Below are positions 28,181-37,465 of a stretch of 38,261 bases of DNA, in pieces. This DNA comes from a virus (lineage: Duplodnaviria; Caudoviricetes). The position numbers and the translations under genes are program-made. The stretch's first letter is position 1; each line of letters starts with the position of its first letter. The notes beneath the pieces are model-generated. The model saw only the letters and a program-made list of their open reading frames with translations. It was not told where the DNA came from and did no database searches. The stretch is from positions 1 through 38,261 of the IMG/VR virus record IMGVR_UViG_3300006043_000052; one strand, 5' to 3'.

Positions 28181-29454
28181 TCGAGCCTATAATTGCCAAG
28201 GTCACCGGCTATCTGCGCAACACTGCAGAGTGCTACGTCCGTGACGCTGCCTATCCGGTGCCGGCCTTCCGGCTCGCCGTCGACGGCCTGGACATCGCAC
28301 AAATCATCAGCCCAAGGCTGATGAGCCTGGAGCTGACCGACAACCGCGGCGTCGAGGCCGACCAACTCAGCATCACCCTAAGCGACCATGACGGCTTGCT
28401 GACGATTCCGCCGAAGGGTGCAGTGGTTCGGTTGTGGCTGGGCTGGAGCGACACAGGCCTGGTGGACAAAGGCACCTATACCGTCGACGAAACCGAACAT
28501 AGCGGTGCGCCCGACGTGCTCAGCATCCGCGCTCGATCGGCAGACCTGCGCAAGGGCCTCAAAACCAAACGCGAACGCAGCTGGAGCAACACCACCCTCG
28601 GCGACGTTCTGGGCGATATCGCCATTGGCAACGGTCTAACCGCCACCATCGCCGGCGCGCTGGACGGCCTGCCCATCCTGCAACTGGACCAGGCCAACGA
28701 ATCCGACGCCAACCTGATCAGCCGACTGGGTGAAGAATTCGACGCGGTGGCCAGCGTGAAAGCCGGTTGCCTGCTGTGCTTGCCGGCGGGTGGTGGCAAG
28801 ACCGCTAGTGGCATGGATCTGCCGCATATCACGCTCACCCGCGCAGAAGGTGACCAGCACCGTTACCTGCAGGCCGACCGCGACAGCTATGACGGCGTGC
28901 GCGCCTATTACTACGACGTTAACAGCGCCAAGAAACAGTAGGCCATTGCCGGCGGCGGTGACAATCTTAAAGATCTGCGACACACCTACAGCGACCAGCC
29001 ATCCGCACTGCGCGCCGCCCGGGCGGAATTCCGGCGCCTGCAACGCGGCAGCGCTACGCTCAGCTACACCCTGGCAATGGGCCGACCGGATTTGATCCCC
29101 GAGCTGACGTATACGCTTCAGGGCGTGAAAGCCGAAATCGACGAGATCATCTGGTACGGCGGCAACGTACAGCACAGCCTTACTGACAGCGGTGGTTATA
29201 CGGTGAGCTTGGAGCTGGAGAGCAAGCTGCCGGAGGACAACGTTGAAGACCTGGTAGAAGAGAATAGGGGCGATTACACGGGGATCATCGCGTATTACCG
29301 CGACCAGAAAACCGGTAGGGAAAAATCGATTACGGCGGGGGATCAAACGAAGCCCAGGCGGTTGCGGTGGCTGTACGCCAGCGACAAAACCGCCAAAAGG
29401 GCAGCAATTAGAGAGTGGAGAAAGCTCCAATCAGACACCAACCCATCCTTGTAA
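28177..29454 (+). pseudogene. gpD: late control / baseplate hub protein D interrupted by an in-frame TAG at 28939-28941
   Basis: LTDNRG.EADQL.I.L.D and DQ.NESD motifs. The same frame stays open and D-like after the TAG (AIAGGG..LRHTY..GRPDL) and joins ORF 29077-29454. Confidence 0.85.
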
Positions 29455-29471
29455 AAAGGATCCATTGAAAG

Positions 29472-30851
29472 TCACGACAATTGACGAGCCATATCGACTA
29501 AAGATTTATACTTGCTCAATACCGGAGGCATCTCATAACTTTCATAAATATGACTTTGCCACTGAATCTCCTCTATACCTCTCTTAGGCGTTCTGCCGCG
29601 CATTAGACCAACATTATATTTAATCAAATCAGCAATATTCACCAAGGCATATTTTGCATGAACTTTATACTGCAAAGCTGCGGGATCAAGCTCATGGCTG
29701 ACCGCAGCCCCCCAATCACCTGTCGTTATTTTCTGATAAAACTCAACACCTTTCGCTCTTGAAAAGACCAATATTGCCAAACAGAAAAAATGGACCTTTC
29801 CATCAACAAAATCAGAACAAGCCTTTACCTGACGTATGTAAGAGACAATCTCTCTCAACTGCACATTAAACACTTTGCATAGTGCCACCATCAAGAGACA
29901 ATTTTCCGGATAATTTTTTCCTGCCTTCAGGGTAAGCGAATCAGCTTTGATGCTAACCCTACCGCCCGATGCATTTACAATATCTATTTGCCTGCCATCC
30001 ACATACAAACCCATGCCATATGTATCAATACTTGGCAAACTCCTATGAATAAATCCCCACAAGTTGGTATTATCAAGTGAAAATTCAGCATCAAAAAATC
30101 TTCTTAAATAATTTTCTGACGAAAAGCCCTGACCGTATACTGCCCTGATAGAGTGAGCCAGTTGACTCGAATCCGAGGCAATTATAAATTTACAATCTTT
30201 CAACTCAAAAAAATGCTTTATTCGCTCTAGTAACTCGATGGCATAAGTAGGTCTACACCGATCCAACTCATCTATAAATATAAAAGCTGGCGCTTTCAAA
30301 TTATTATCTTCAGCAGCCATATTCAACCGCTCAACAACTGCCGCCTTAAATTCTTCAACATGTTTTGTTGTTTTCGACTGATCCTCAATTAAGGATGACA
30401 CTAAATCCTTAACACCATCCGCACTGTCGTCGCCACCGCCCTTTCCCAACAAATCATCCAACTCCACACCGATATATTTTTTCAACAGCCCTTTCGCAAT
30501 TAGCGGCGTAGCCTTCTTAAGAACCTGAGTAGTCAAATCAACAGCGCGCCTCCCAGCCTCCGTTGCAGTTATATCCAATGCATCTTTTGTTTGCTGTTCA
30601 ATACATGTTATCAGCGCCAGCAACGGTTCCGCAGAAAAGTCAGTCTCCCAAGCGTTAAACATTACACATACATGCTTTTTGCTGAGCTCTTCTTTCCAGC
30701 GCTGCACAAAAAACGTTTTGCCTGAGCCCCATGGAGAGTTAACATTTAGAACTTTTATATGATCATTCGCAAGAATATACTTTGTCAGAAACTCACTACT
30801 TAACTGACGCCCCATGAAATCATCATTCCAAACACCAATTTCACCGCCCAT
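29472..30851 (-). CDS. KAP-family P-loop NTPase (cargo)
   Basis: SPWGSGKT Walker A, FNAWE.D, FIDELDRCRP.YAI.LLE.IKH and YL.RFFD motifs; AT-rich. Confidence 0.92.
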   Translation of the reverse strand: MGGEIGVWNDDFMGRQLSSEFLTKYILANDHIKVLNVNSPWGSGKTFFVQRWKEELSKKHVCVMFNAWETDFSAEPLLALITCIEQQTKDALDITATEAGRRAVDLTTQVLKKATPLIAKGLLKKYIGVELDDLLGKGGGDDSADGVKDLVSSLIEDQSKTTKHVEEFKAAVVERLNMAAEDNNLKAPAFIFIDELDRCRPTYAIELLERIKHFFELKDCKFIIASDSSQLAHSIRAVYGQGFSSENYLRRFFDAEFSLDNTNLWGFIHRSLPSIDTYGMGLYVDGRQIDIVNASGGRVSIKADSLTLKAGKNYPENCLLMVALCKVFNVQLREIVSYIRQVKACSDFVDGKVHFFCLAILVFSRAKGVEFYQKITTGDWGAAVSHELDPAALQYKVHAKYALVNIADLIKYNVGLMRGRTPKRGIEEIQWQSHIYESYEMPPVLSKYKSLVDMARQLS

Positions 30852-30893
30852 ACACCCTCCCCTTTATCCACAAAATCATATGTAGCAGATGAA

Positions 30894-30912
30894 CCCCGGC
30901 GCGCGGCCGGGG
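30894..30912 (-). terminator. GC hairpin after the small leftward gene
   Basis: CCCCGGC-N5-GCCGGGG followed on the minus strand by a weak TTCATCT tail. Confidence 0.4.
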
Positions 30913-30919
30913 CCCGGGA

Positions 30920-31084
30920 CTACTCAGACACCTGCATAAAAATACGCAACAGTCTTAGTACGTCATTTTGTCGTTGCAAACTGATAGCTCTAAACATCGC
31001 CAGCAACATCAACTCCTGATCGTTCAGGCCGTTCGCATCCAAGGTTGCCACTTGGTTTTCCGATGCACCGCTGTTCTCCATCAT
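30920..31084 (-). CDS. 54-aa protein resembling the repressor C-terminal helical domain
   Basis: AGGAG RBS; LNDQELMLLAMFRAISLQRQNDVLRLLRIF aligns without gaps to the repressor C-terminus. Confidence 0.7.
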   Translation of the reverse strand: MMENSGASENQVATLDANGLNDQELMLLAMFRAISLQRQNDVLRLLRIFMQVSE

Positions 31085-31220
31085 GCGAATACTCCTTTCA
31101 CACGCAACGGGGACTCGGCGCCTACATGGCACCTTTAAAGTTCCCCGGGGAACAGCTAATTTCCATCACGTTTTGTTGTGTCATCGGACAGCAAGCAAAT
31201 AAATTATGTGTTTTGTTACG

Positions 31221-32021
31221 TCACTTCGCTGGCTTGAACGGGGGCAGCGTCATATACACGCCGTTTTCACCCCAGCCTTGCAGGTTACCCTTGGCATCGA
31301 CAACGTAATGCTCATTGAAGTCGCTTTCGGGATCGTCAAGGCGCAACCCGCCATCAGACAGTTTTTTGCCTACATAAAGCTGCGTATTTTTCCTACCGCT
31401 GGGAAAGACAGAGTCGATCGCATACTTATCTTTCTGCTTGTACAAGACCATCACGTGACCTAATGCACCGTCACGCAACCAACTGCCGATCCTGTTTGGG
31501 TAAGCCGTCAGATCTAACGATTGCAGCGTTTGGTAGTCCTTCGCGCTCACACCGATAAGCGATGTGCGGTAATCGGGGTCGAAGCTGGCATTGGCCCAGT
31601 ACGTTTTTTCGGTCTGACCTTCCACGCGAAACCCAATGAAAGTTTTGTCGGCTTTGAACTTGGTATCAGCGCGGATTGCTTTCGCCACTTCAGCAAGCTC
31701 GGTGTCATTTAGTCGCTTGGGCAGCACGACCTCAACTTTACGTGGACGCCCTTCGCGAAAATCGTCTTGGGTGATGGTGTACGCGGAGGGTAAAACGGAG
31801 CGTTGTACGGGCCTCTCCGCAACCGGAGCCTTGTCGGCAGGTTTGTCCTTATCACCGCCTGAACACATCGTGACAGCGCTAGCGATGATTACCAGGAGGA
31901 TAAGCAGCCCTAACACCTGCTGCCCGACGGTCACTCCTGGGTTTTTTACACCACAGCTTGGGCAGACCCTTGCGGATGCGTCCACTGAGTGCTTACAAGA
32001 TTTACAAGGCTTGAGCGCCAT
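31221..32021 (-). CDS. zinc-ribbon, single-pass membrane protein
   Basis: CKSC..CPSCG zinc ribbon, then a transmembrane helix and a probable periplasmic domain; GGAG RBS. Confidence 0.85.
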   Translation of the reverse strand: MALKPCKSCKHSVDASARVCPSCGVKNPGVTVGQQVLGLLILLVIIASAVTMCSGGDKDKPADKAPVAERPVQRSVLPSAYTITQDDFREGRPRKVEVVLPKRLNDTELAEVAKAIRADTKFKADKTFIGFRVEGQTEKTYWANASFDPDYRTSLIGVSAKDYQTLQSLDLTAYPNRIGSWLRDGALGHVMVLYKQKDKYAIDSVFPSGRKNTQLYVGKKLSDGGLRLDDPESDFNEHYVVDAKGNLQGWGENGVYMTLPPFKPAK

Positions 32022-32045
32022 TCCACTGCTCCTTTAACTTCCATG

Positions 32046-32069
32046 AAAAAGCCGACCTTCTTGGTCGGC
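32046..32069 (-). terminator. rho-independent terminator downstream of the repressor
   Basis: Minus strand reads GCCGACC-AAGAA-GGTCGGC-TTTTT. Confidence 0.8.
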
Positions 32070-32103
32070 ATGCTATTCCCACTTGCCCGAGCAGCCGAGC
32101 TTC

Positions 32104-32454
32104 TCAATTGCTGGCTTTCTTTCCGCTAGACATCGCAACGCTCGCGAACGCTGAGGCCGTGCGTAGCAGTACCTGCCGGTCTGCATCACTCACTTTTTCG
32201 TAAGCCTCAAGCAGCTCCAATGCATCAGCGCTGATGCTTTCAGCGGTCTGAGGCTTACGCTCACCGGTCACCACATAAAGAATATCCACGCCCTGAGCCG
32301 ACACCGCAGCCAAATAGTCCGCGTCTGGGCTGCGGTCACCCTTTTCGTAGTTGAACTGAGAAGTTTTGGCTACCCCACCAAAAGCAGCAAATTCCGCTTG
32401 ATTGAAACCAAGCCGGACACGCTCCTCCTTCAGCCTTTCACCGATATTCAACAA
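32104..32454 (-). CDS. XRE-family HTH immunity repressor (no S24 peptidase domain)
   Basis: IGERLKEER.RLG.NQ..FA, YEKG.RSPD..YL and GVD..YV.TG motifs; divergent from the early operon. Confidence 0.9.
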   Translation of the reverse strand: MLNIGERLKEERVRLGFNQAEFAAFGGVAKTSQFNYEKGDRSPDADYLAAVSAQGVDILYVVTGERKPQTAESISADALELLEAYEKVSDADRQVLLRTASAFASVAMSSGKKASN

Positions 32455-32471
32455 AACGACCCCTTATTGAG

Positions 32472-32500
32472 TTGACTATTCAACATTTGTTGAATATTCT
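32472..32500 (+). promoter_or_regulatory. early promoter with palindromic operator in its spacer
   Basis: TTGACT-17 bp-TATTCT, overlapped by TATTCAACA-TT-TGTTGAATA (32477-32496). Confidence 0.75.
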
Positions 32501-32537
32501 TCTCCTGTCATCACACGAAACCACACGAAACGAGACT

Positions 32538-32750
32538 ATGCCGAACGCATCCCCCATCGAGCAAGCATGCCAAGAGGCCCGTGATCGTCTCGCACGTCTC
32601 GGGATTACGGCCAAAGACTGGGCCGAAAAAAATGAGTTCAACCCATCGACGGTCTACGCGGTTTTGAACGGACAGAAAAAGTGCTTGCGTGGCGAAGCTC
32701 ACCGCGCCGCCGTACTGCTCGGTATCAAAGACGGCGTGATTACAAACTAG
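32538..32750 (+). CDS. Cro/Cox-like DNA-binding protein (BcepMu gp16-like)
   Basis: G.T...WA....F....VY.VL.G..K..RG.AH.AAV.LG.K motif. Confidence 0.85.
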   Translation: MPNASPIEQACQEARDRLARLGITAKDWAEKNEFNPSTVYAVLNGQKKCLRGEAHRAAVLLGIKDGVITN

Positions 32751-32779
32751 GGCCTCTGGCTCCAAGGGGATACCAGAAG

Positions 32780-33250
32780 ATGAAACGCCCAGTTCTAGAC
32801 AGCAGAAAGAGCGTCGTCATGGCCGTCATCGGCGCCTACCCAGGTGGCCGCGAATACGCCTCGGCAGACCTCGGAATGCCGCTCAAGAAGTTCGACAACC
32901 AAGCCTACGAGAACGCCGGCAGTCGCCCGCTCACCGACGAACACATTCACCGTCTGGAGCAAGTCGCCGGCACCACGTTCCTGGCTGACTACATCGCCTC
33001 AATGTACGGCGGCATGTTCGTGCCGTTGAGCCTCCCGGAGAATCTGGACAACGTGGAGTTATACAGCCGCTCGCTCAAGGCTTCGGCCAAGCGCGGCAAG
33101 GTGGACCAAATCATGTCCGCCGCCCTTGACGATGGGGTCATCGAAAGACGCGAAGCCGACGCGATCATCGCCGCCCTGCTCACTTACATGTCCGCCCGCT
33201 ACGCCGAAGTGTTCGCGACCATCCAGCTGTACAGCCAGGGAGCTGTCTAG
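32780..33250 (+). CDS. YmfL/CII-like phage regulatory protein
   Basis: AYPGG....A..LG, F.N..Y, GGMFVP and ALDDG.I...E motifs. Confidence 0.8.
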   Translation: MKRPVLDSRKSVVMAVIGAYPGGREYASADLGMPLKKFDNQAYENAGSRPLTDEHIHRLEQVAGTTFLADYIASMYGGMFVPLSLPENLDNVELYSRSLKASAKRGKVDQIMSAALDDGVIERREADAIIAALLTYMSARYAEVFATIQLYSQGAV

Positions 33251-33543
33251 TGAGTACTTACAAACTGGTCTGCCCCCACTGCCACGGCCGTATGCGTATC
33301 CGCACCAGCGAAGGCCAGCACATTTTTCTGCGCATCACCTACATGCAATGCACCAACGAAGTGTGCGGCTGGGCGGTGCGTGCTGAGTTTCAAATGACCC
33401 ACGAACTAAGCCCCAGCGGCATGCCCAACCCTGCTGTAAAGCTGCCCGTTGCAGATGTGGTCATTCGTCGCCAGGCAATGAAAACCGTCAACGATCAACC
33501 CGATCTGCTGGATCGACTGGATATGGAGGCCGCAACTGTATGA
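33250..33543 (+). CDS. ogr: Ogr/Delta-like zinc-finger late activator
   Basis: CPHC...RTS...Y.QC.N..CG and LSPS..PNP motifs. Confidence 0.9.
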   Translation: MSTYKLVCPHCHGRMRIRTSEGQHIFLRITYMQCTNEVCGWAVRAEFQMTHELSPSGMPNPAVKLPVADVVIRRQAMKTVNDQPDLLDRLDMEAATV

Positions 33544-33914
33544 ACACCATCGCCCTGACTACCAACCCCACCAGCGACTACCGCGCCGCGATGCAACAGG
33601 CCGCAGTTGCCTACCTCTACCGCCACCGTTGCGAGCACTTGGCCGGAGACAGCCATTTGCTCGACAACTGCACGCGGTATCTGACGCTGTCGCTTGAAGT
33701 TCCCCAGCACCTGGTGCAACGCATCGCTGAACTGGCTGTTGCCGAGTTCGAAAGCATGACCTGCAACCGTATTGCTTGGCTCGGTATCCACCCCAGCAGC
33801 GGCCCATACCATCCGGTCATTCTGCTGCTGGACAACTGCACCAACCAGCGCTACCCCGTCTCGGCACGCTTGCTTCCTACGCGCCTGCTGCTGACCCGCA
33901 ACCTCCCGCACTAA
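33540..33914 (+). CDS. hypothetical phage protein
   Basis: GGAGG RBS; ATGA overlap with ogr. Confidence 0.75.
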   Translation: MNTIALTTNPTSDYRAAMQQAAVAYLYRHRCEHLAGDSHLLDNCTRYLTLSLEVPQHLVQRIAELAVAEFESMTCNRIAWLGIHPSSGPYHPVILLLDNCTNQRYPVSARLLPTRLLLTRNLPH

Positions 33915-33985
33915 ACCGAAATCATTCCCTGATGGATGCCCGCACCGCGTGGGTAGGGGAAATTTGCAACTTACTGGTGGCCGAA

Positions 33986-34231
33986 ATGAGCAAAATCACC
34001 ATAAAACTGGAGCTGGACGAACAGCAGGCACAGCACTACCTGCTGTGGTTGACCAGCCAGTATGAAGTCACGATGGCTGATATTTGGTACTCCGACCGCT
34101 ACCGGAATGTGCCGAGTGGTCAGCGGGCGCCGAAGGTGCTTGAGGACTTGCCCTACCTGGCTGGCATTTGCAAGACGCGCAGCGAGCTGAAAAAACAGCT
34201 CGTTGTACCTACTGCGGAGCGTCCGCAGTGA
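33986..34231 (+). CDS. hypothetical phage protein
   Basis: Likely start MSKITIKL with GGTGG RBS; stop overlaps the primase start. Confidence 0.7.
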   Translation: MSKITIKLELDEQQAQHYLLWLTSQYEVTMADIWYSDRYRNVPSGQRAPKVLEDLPYLAGICKTRSELKKQLVVPTAERPQ

Positions 34232-37041
34232 TACGTAAGCCAATGGAAGATCAGATCCGGGCTGACGTACTTCAGCGTCTGGAGTCCGATTACGGCCTTC
34301 AGCACATGACCGGCACGCATTACATGCGCAAGGGCACCTGCCCCCAGTGCAATCAGAAACGCCTGTTCTCGCGTCACGATGAACCATGGTTCATACGCTG
34401 CGGCCGCGAGGAAAAATGCCGGTATATGGCTCCGACCAAAGAGCTGTACCCGGACCTGTTCGACGACTGGAGCAAGCGAGCACCGGCTACCCGCGATGAG
34501 CCAGCCGCAAGCGCAAGAGCGTATTTGTCGTTTGCGCGGGGCTTTCATGTCGAGTTGCTTGAGGGGTGGTACACCCAAGAGAGTTACTTTGATCGCGACC
34601 TGAATATCGGCTCCGCAACGGTCCGCTTTCCCCTAGAACATGGTGGGTACTGGGAGCGCTTGATTGATCAGCCCTCCCGCTTCGGCAAGAAGAAAGCACG
34701 CTTCCAGCCCCTCAAGAGTTACAGGGGGCATTGGTGGTGCCCACCGTGCTTGGACCTGTTGGAAGTGAACGAACTGTGGATCGTTGAAGGCATTTTCGAT
34801 GCCATTGCGCTCATTCAAAACGGTATCTCCGCCGTCGCCGCCCTGTCATCAAACGCCTTTCCAGAAGAGTCGCTGAAGGCGCTCATCACCGCTCGCGGCG
34901 GCCAAACTCCCAAGTTGGTTTGGGCCTTGGACAACGAGCCAGGCGCTCACAAATACACCCGCACCTGGGTGAAGCGTGCCCGCGAGCTCGGCTATACCTG
35001 CGACGCCGCCCAGGTCACACAGCCGGATGCACGCAAGGTTGACTGGAACGATCTGCACCAGCGCTGGGCCTTTATCGACGACGAGAAAGCCCGCGCGGAA
35101 CGCATCGAAAAAGACCTGAAGGAAGCCCGCCACCAGGGCGCCCTGCTGATCGCAGACAGTGCCAGCGACAAGGCGTTGCTCATGTACCAGTGGCGCGAGC
35201 GCGAGGAATTTCACTTCTGCTTCGACTCCCGCCTGTACTGGTGGAAGTTGGACCTTGCGAAATACAACAGCGCCAAGCAGGCCTTGGAGAAAAGCGACGA
35301 CCAGGAAGCCCAGGTACTGAACGAAAAGCAGCTGCGGGAGAAGGCGCTGAACGTGGCCGGCTGCGTCGTAGAAATCGCCAACTGCTACCCCAAAGCCCTC
35401 TATTTCCAGCGCAACGAGATTACCGACGAATCCTGGTACTTCTTCCGCGTCGACTTTCCTCACGACGGTGGCTCAGTGAAAAACACCTTCACAGGCGGCC
35501 AGGTCGCTGCCGCCAGCGAATTCAAAAAGAGACTTCTCGGCATGGGCGCCGGGGCCGTGTTCACCGGCAGTGGACAACAGTTGGACAAACTCATGAAAGA
35601 CCAGCTATTCGGCATCAAGACCGTACAGACCATCGACTACGTGGGCTACAGCAAGGAATACCACTGTTACGTGTTCAACGACGTTGCCGTCCGCGAAGGC
35701 CAGGTGATCCACATTAACGAGGAGGAGTTTTTTGAGATGGGCAAACTCAAGCTCAAGACCCTGCAAAAGGGTGTGAAGATCGATCTGGAGAAGGACAGTA
35801 AAAAATACGACCAACAGTGGCTGGGGCTTCTGTGGCAGTGCTTTGGCGCCCAGGGAATCGTCGCGCTGACGTTCTGGTTTGGCTCACTGTTTGCTGAACA
35901 GATCCGCAGCCGCTACCAGTCGTTTCCGTTCCTTGAAGCCACGGGCGAGGCCGGCGCCGGTAAAACCACATTGCTTACCCTGCTCTGGAAACTGGCAGGC
36001 CGGGACGGATACGAAGGGTTCGACCCGTCCAAGTCCACCAAGGCCGGCCGTAGCCGCCTGATGGGCCAGGTATCGGGCATGCCAATCGTGCTGCTGGAGT
36101 CGGACCGCAGCGGCGATGACAAGGCCCACGCCAAGACCTTCGAATGGGACGAACTCAAGGACTACTAAGGCGGGGGCACACTCGCGACCAAGGGCGTCAA
36201 AACCGCCGGCAACGAAACCTACGAACCGCCGTTTCGCGGCACGATCGCCATCAGCCAAAACGCCCCTGTGGTCGCATCTGAAGCGATCATGACCCGTATT
36301 GTGAAACTGCACTTTGTGCGCCCGAACGTGACGCCAGAGAGCCGAGCGGCGGCAGATCGGCTCAATGCCCTGGAGGGCTCGACGCTCAGCAACTTTGTCT
36401 TGCAGGCCGTTCGCAAAGAGCTGGAAGTGATGGAGCTGTTCGCCCAGCGCATCCATGGCTACGAGGCGAAGTTGCGCAACCTGCATTCGCATTGCTTTGC
36501 CTGCGAGACACCGTTTCAGGACGAGCAAGCCGATTGTCAGCACTGCGGCAACAAGCTGCGTGGGTACATCCGGGTCGAGCGAATCAACAAAAACCACGCC
36601 CAACTGCTCGCCCTGCTCGACTGCCTGCGCATGGTGGTGCCGCTCACCGAACCGCAGATCAGCCACACCCGCACGCAGATAATCCGCATGGCGATTGAGC
36701 GCCAGTCCTCGATCAGCTCCGACCATCCGGTAGTGGCTGAATTCTGGGAAGTGTACGAATACCTGGAAGGCCTCGACGCCGACGGTCCCGTGGTCAACCA
36801 CAGCAAGAAAGACAACATCATCGCGATCAACCTCAACGACTTTGTGAAGTGCGCGGCCGAGCATCGCCAAAAGATTGCCGACGTCAGCGAGCTGCGCGAG
36901 CGCCTGAAAGACTCCCGCTCGCGGAAGTTGATCGACACCAATAAAGCAACGGACAGCGCGGTTCGTGCCCACCAGGCCAAGACCAGCAACGCAGTCATAA
37001 CTAAACAACCCATCGTGAAGTGCTGGCACTTCCAAGCCTGA
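34228..37041 (+). pseudogene. toprim primase-helicase replication protein interrupted by an in-frame TAA at 36166-36168
   Basis: Zn finger CPQC..CGR..KC, toprim WIVEGIFDA and WALDN, Walker A GEAGAGKT. The frame continues after the TAA (GGGTLATKG..YEPPFRG.I.ISQN) into ORF 36268-37041. Confidence 0.85.
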
Positions 37042-37051
37042 CCAAACATCC

Positions 37052-37465
37052 GCAGACGCTGCAACGCCTGCCACCCAAAGGAGAAGCACCATGCACGTAC
37101 AAGTCATCACCGGTGACGGCCAACAAGGCGAAACCAACCGCCTTCGGCACCTGAAAGAGCTGAAGGAATGGTTTAACGAGTCCGGGAATATCGTTCACGC
37201 CGAAGCATACGACCCAGCCGGCCTGGTCGCGATCCTGGAGGTTCGCGCGGTAAGCGACAAAGAAATTCTGGTGCTTGAGTGCTGCCGGGAACAGATCCAG
37301 GCAGTCCTGGAATGGCAGTCAGCAACAGATGAGGTTGTTGAGTTTGAAAACCTGCTACTGCACCTGGTGCGGAAGCAAAACCCACTCGGCGAAAGCCAGT
37401 AAGAAGGTGGTGCCGAGGGGCTGCAACCCCTCGACACCGACCACCCAAAGGAGAAGCACCATGCA
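37052..37465 (+). repeat. 25-bp direct repeat CCACCCAAAGGAGAAGCACCATGCA (37071-37095 and 37441-37465), each copy preceded by a CTGCAA-loop hairpin
   Basis: Exact repeat containing the RBS and start codon of two consecutive genes. Confidence 0.9.
37091..37402 (+). CDS. hypothetical phage protein
   Basis: AGGAG RBS; 103 aa; degenerate P-loop-like N-terminus VITGDGQQGET. Confidence 0.75.
   Translation: MHVQVITGDGQQGETNRLRHLKELKEWFNESGNIVHAEAYDPAGLVAILEVRAVSDKEILVLECCREQIQAVLEWQSATDEVVEFENLLLHLVRKQNPLGESQ

Noticed and set aside
16344..29454. R-type tailocin (pyocin) locus
   Set aside because: Full head, terminase, portal and cos are present, and the lesion hits a tail gene rather than head genes.
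28939..36168. Stop-codon reassignment (alternative genetic code) explaining the two in-frame stops
   Set aside because: The stops differ (TAG and TAA), each occurs once, both codons terminate many other genes here, and no suppressor tRNA is visible.
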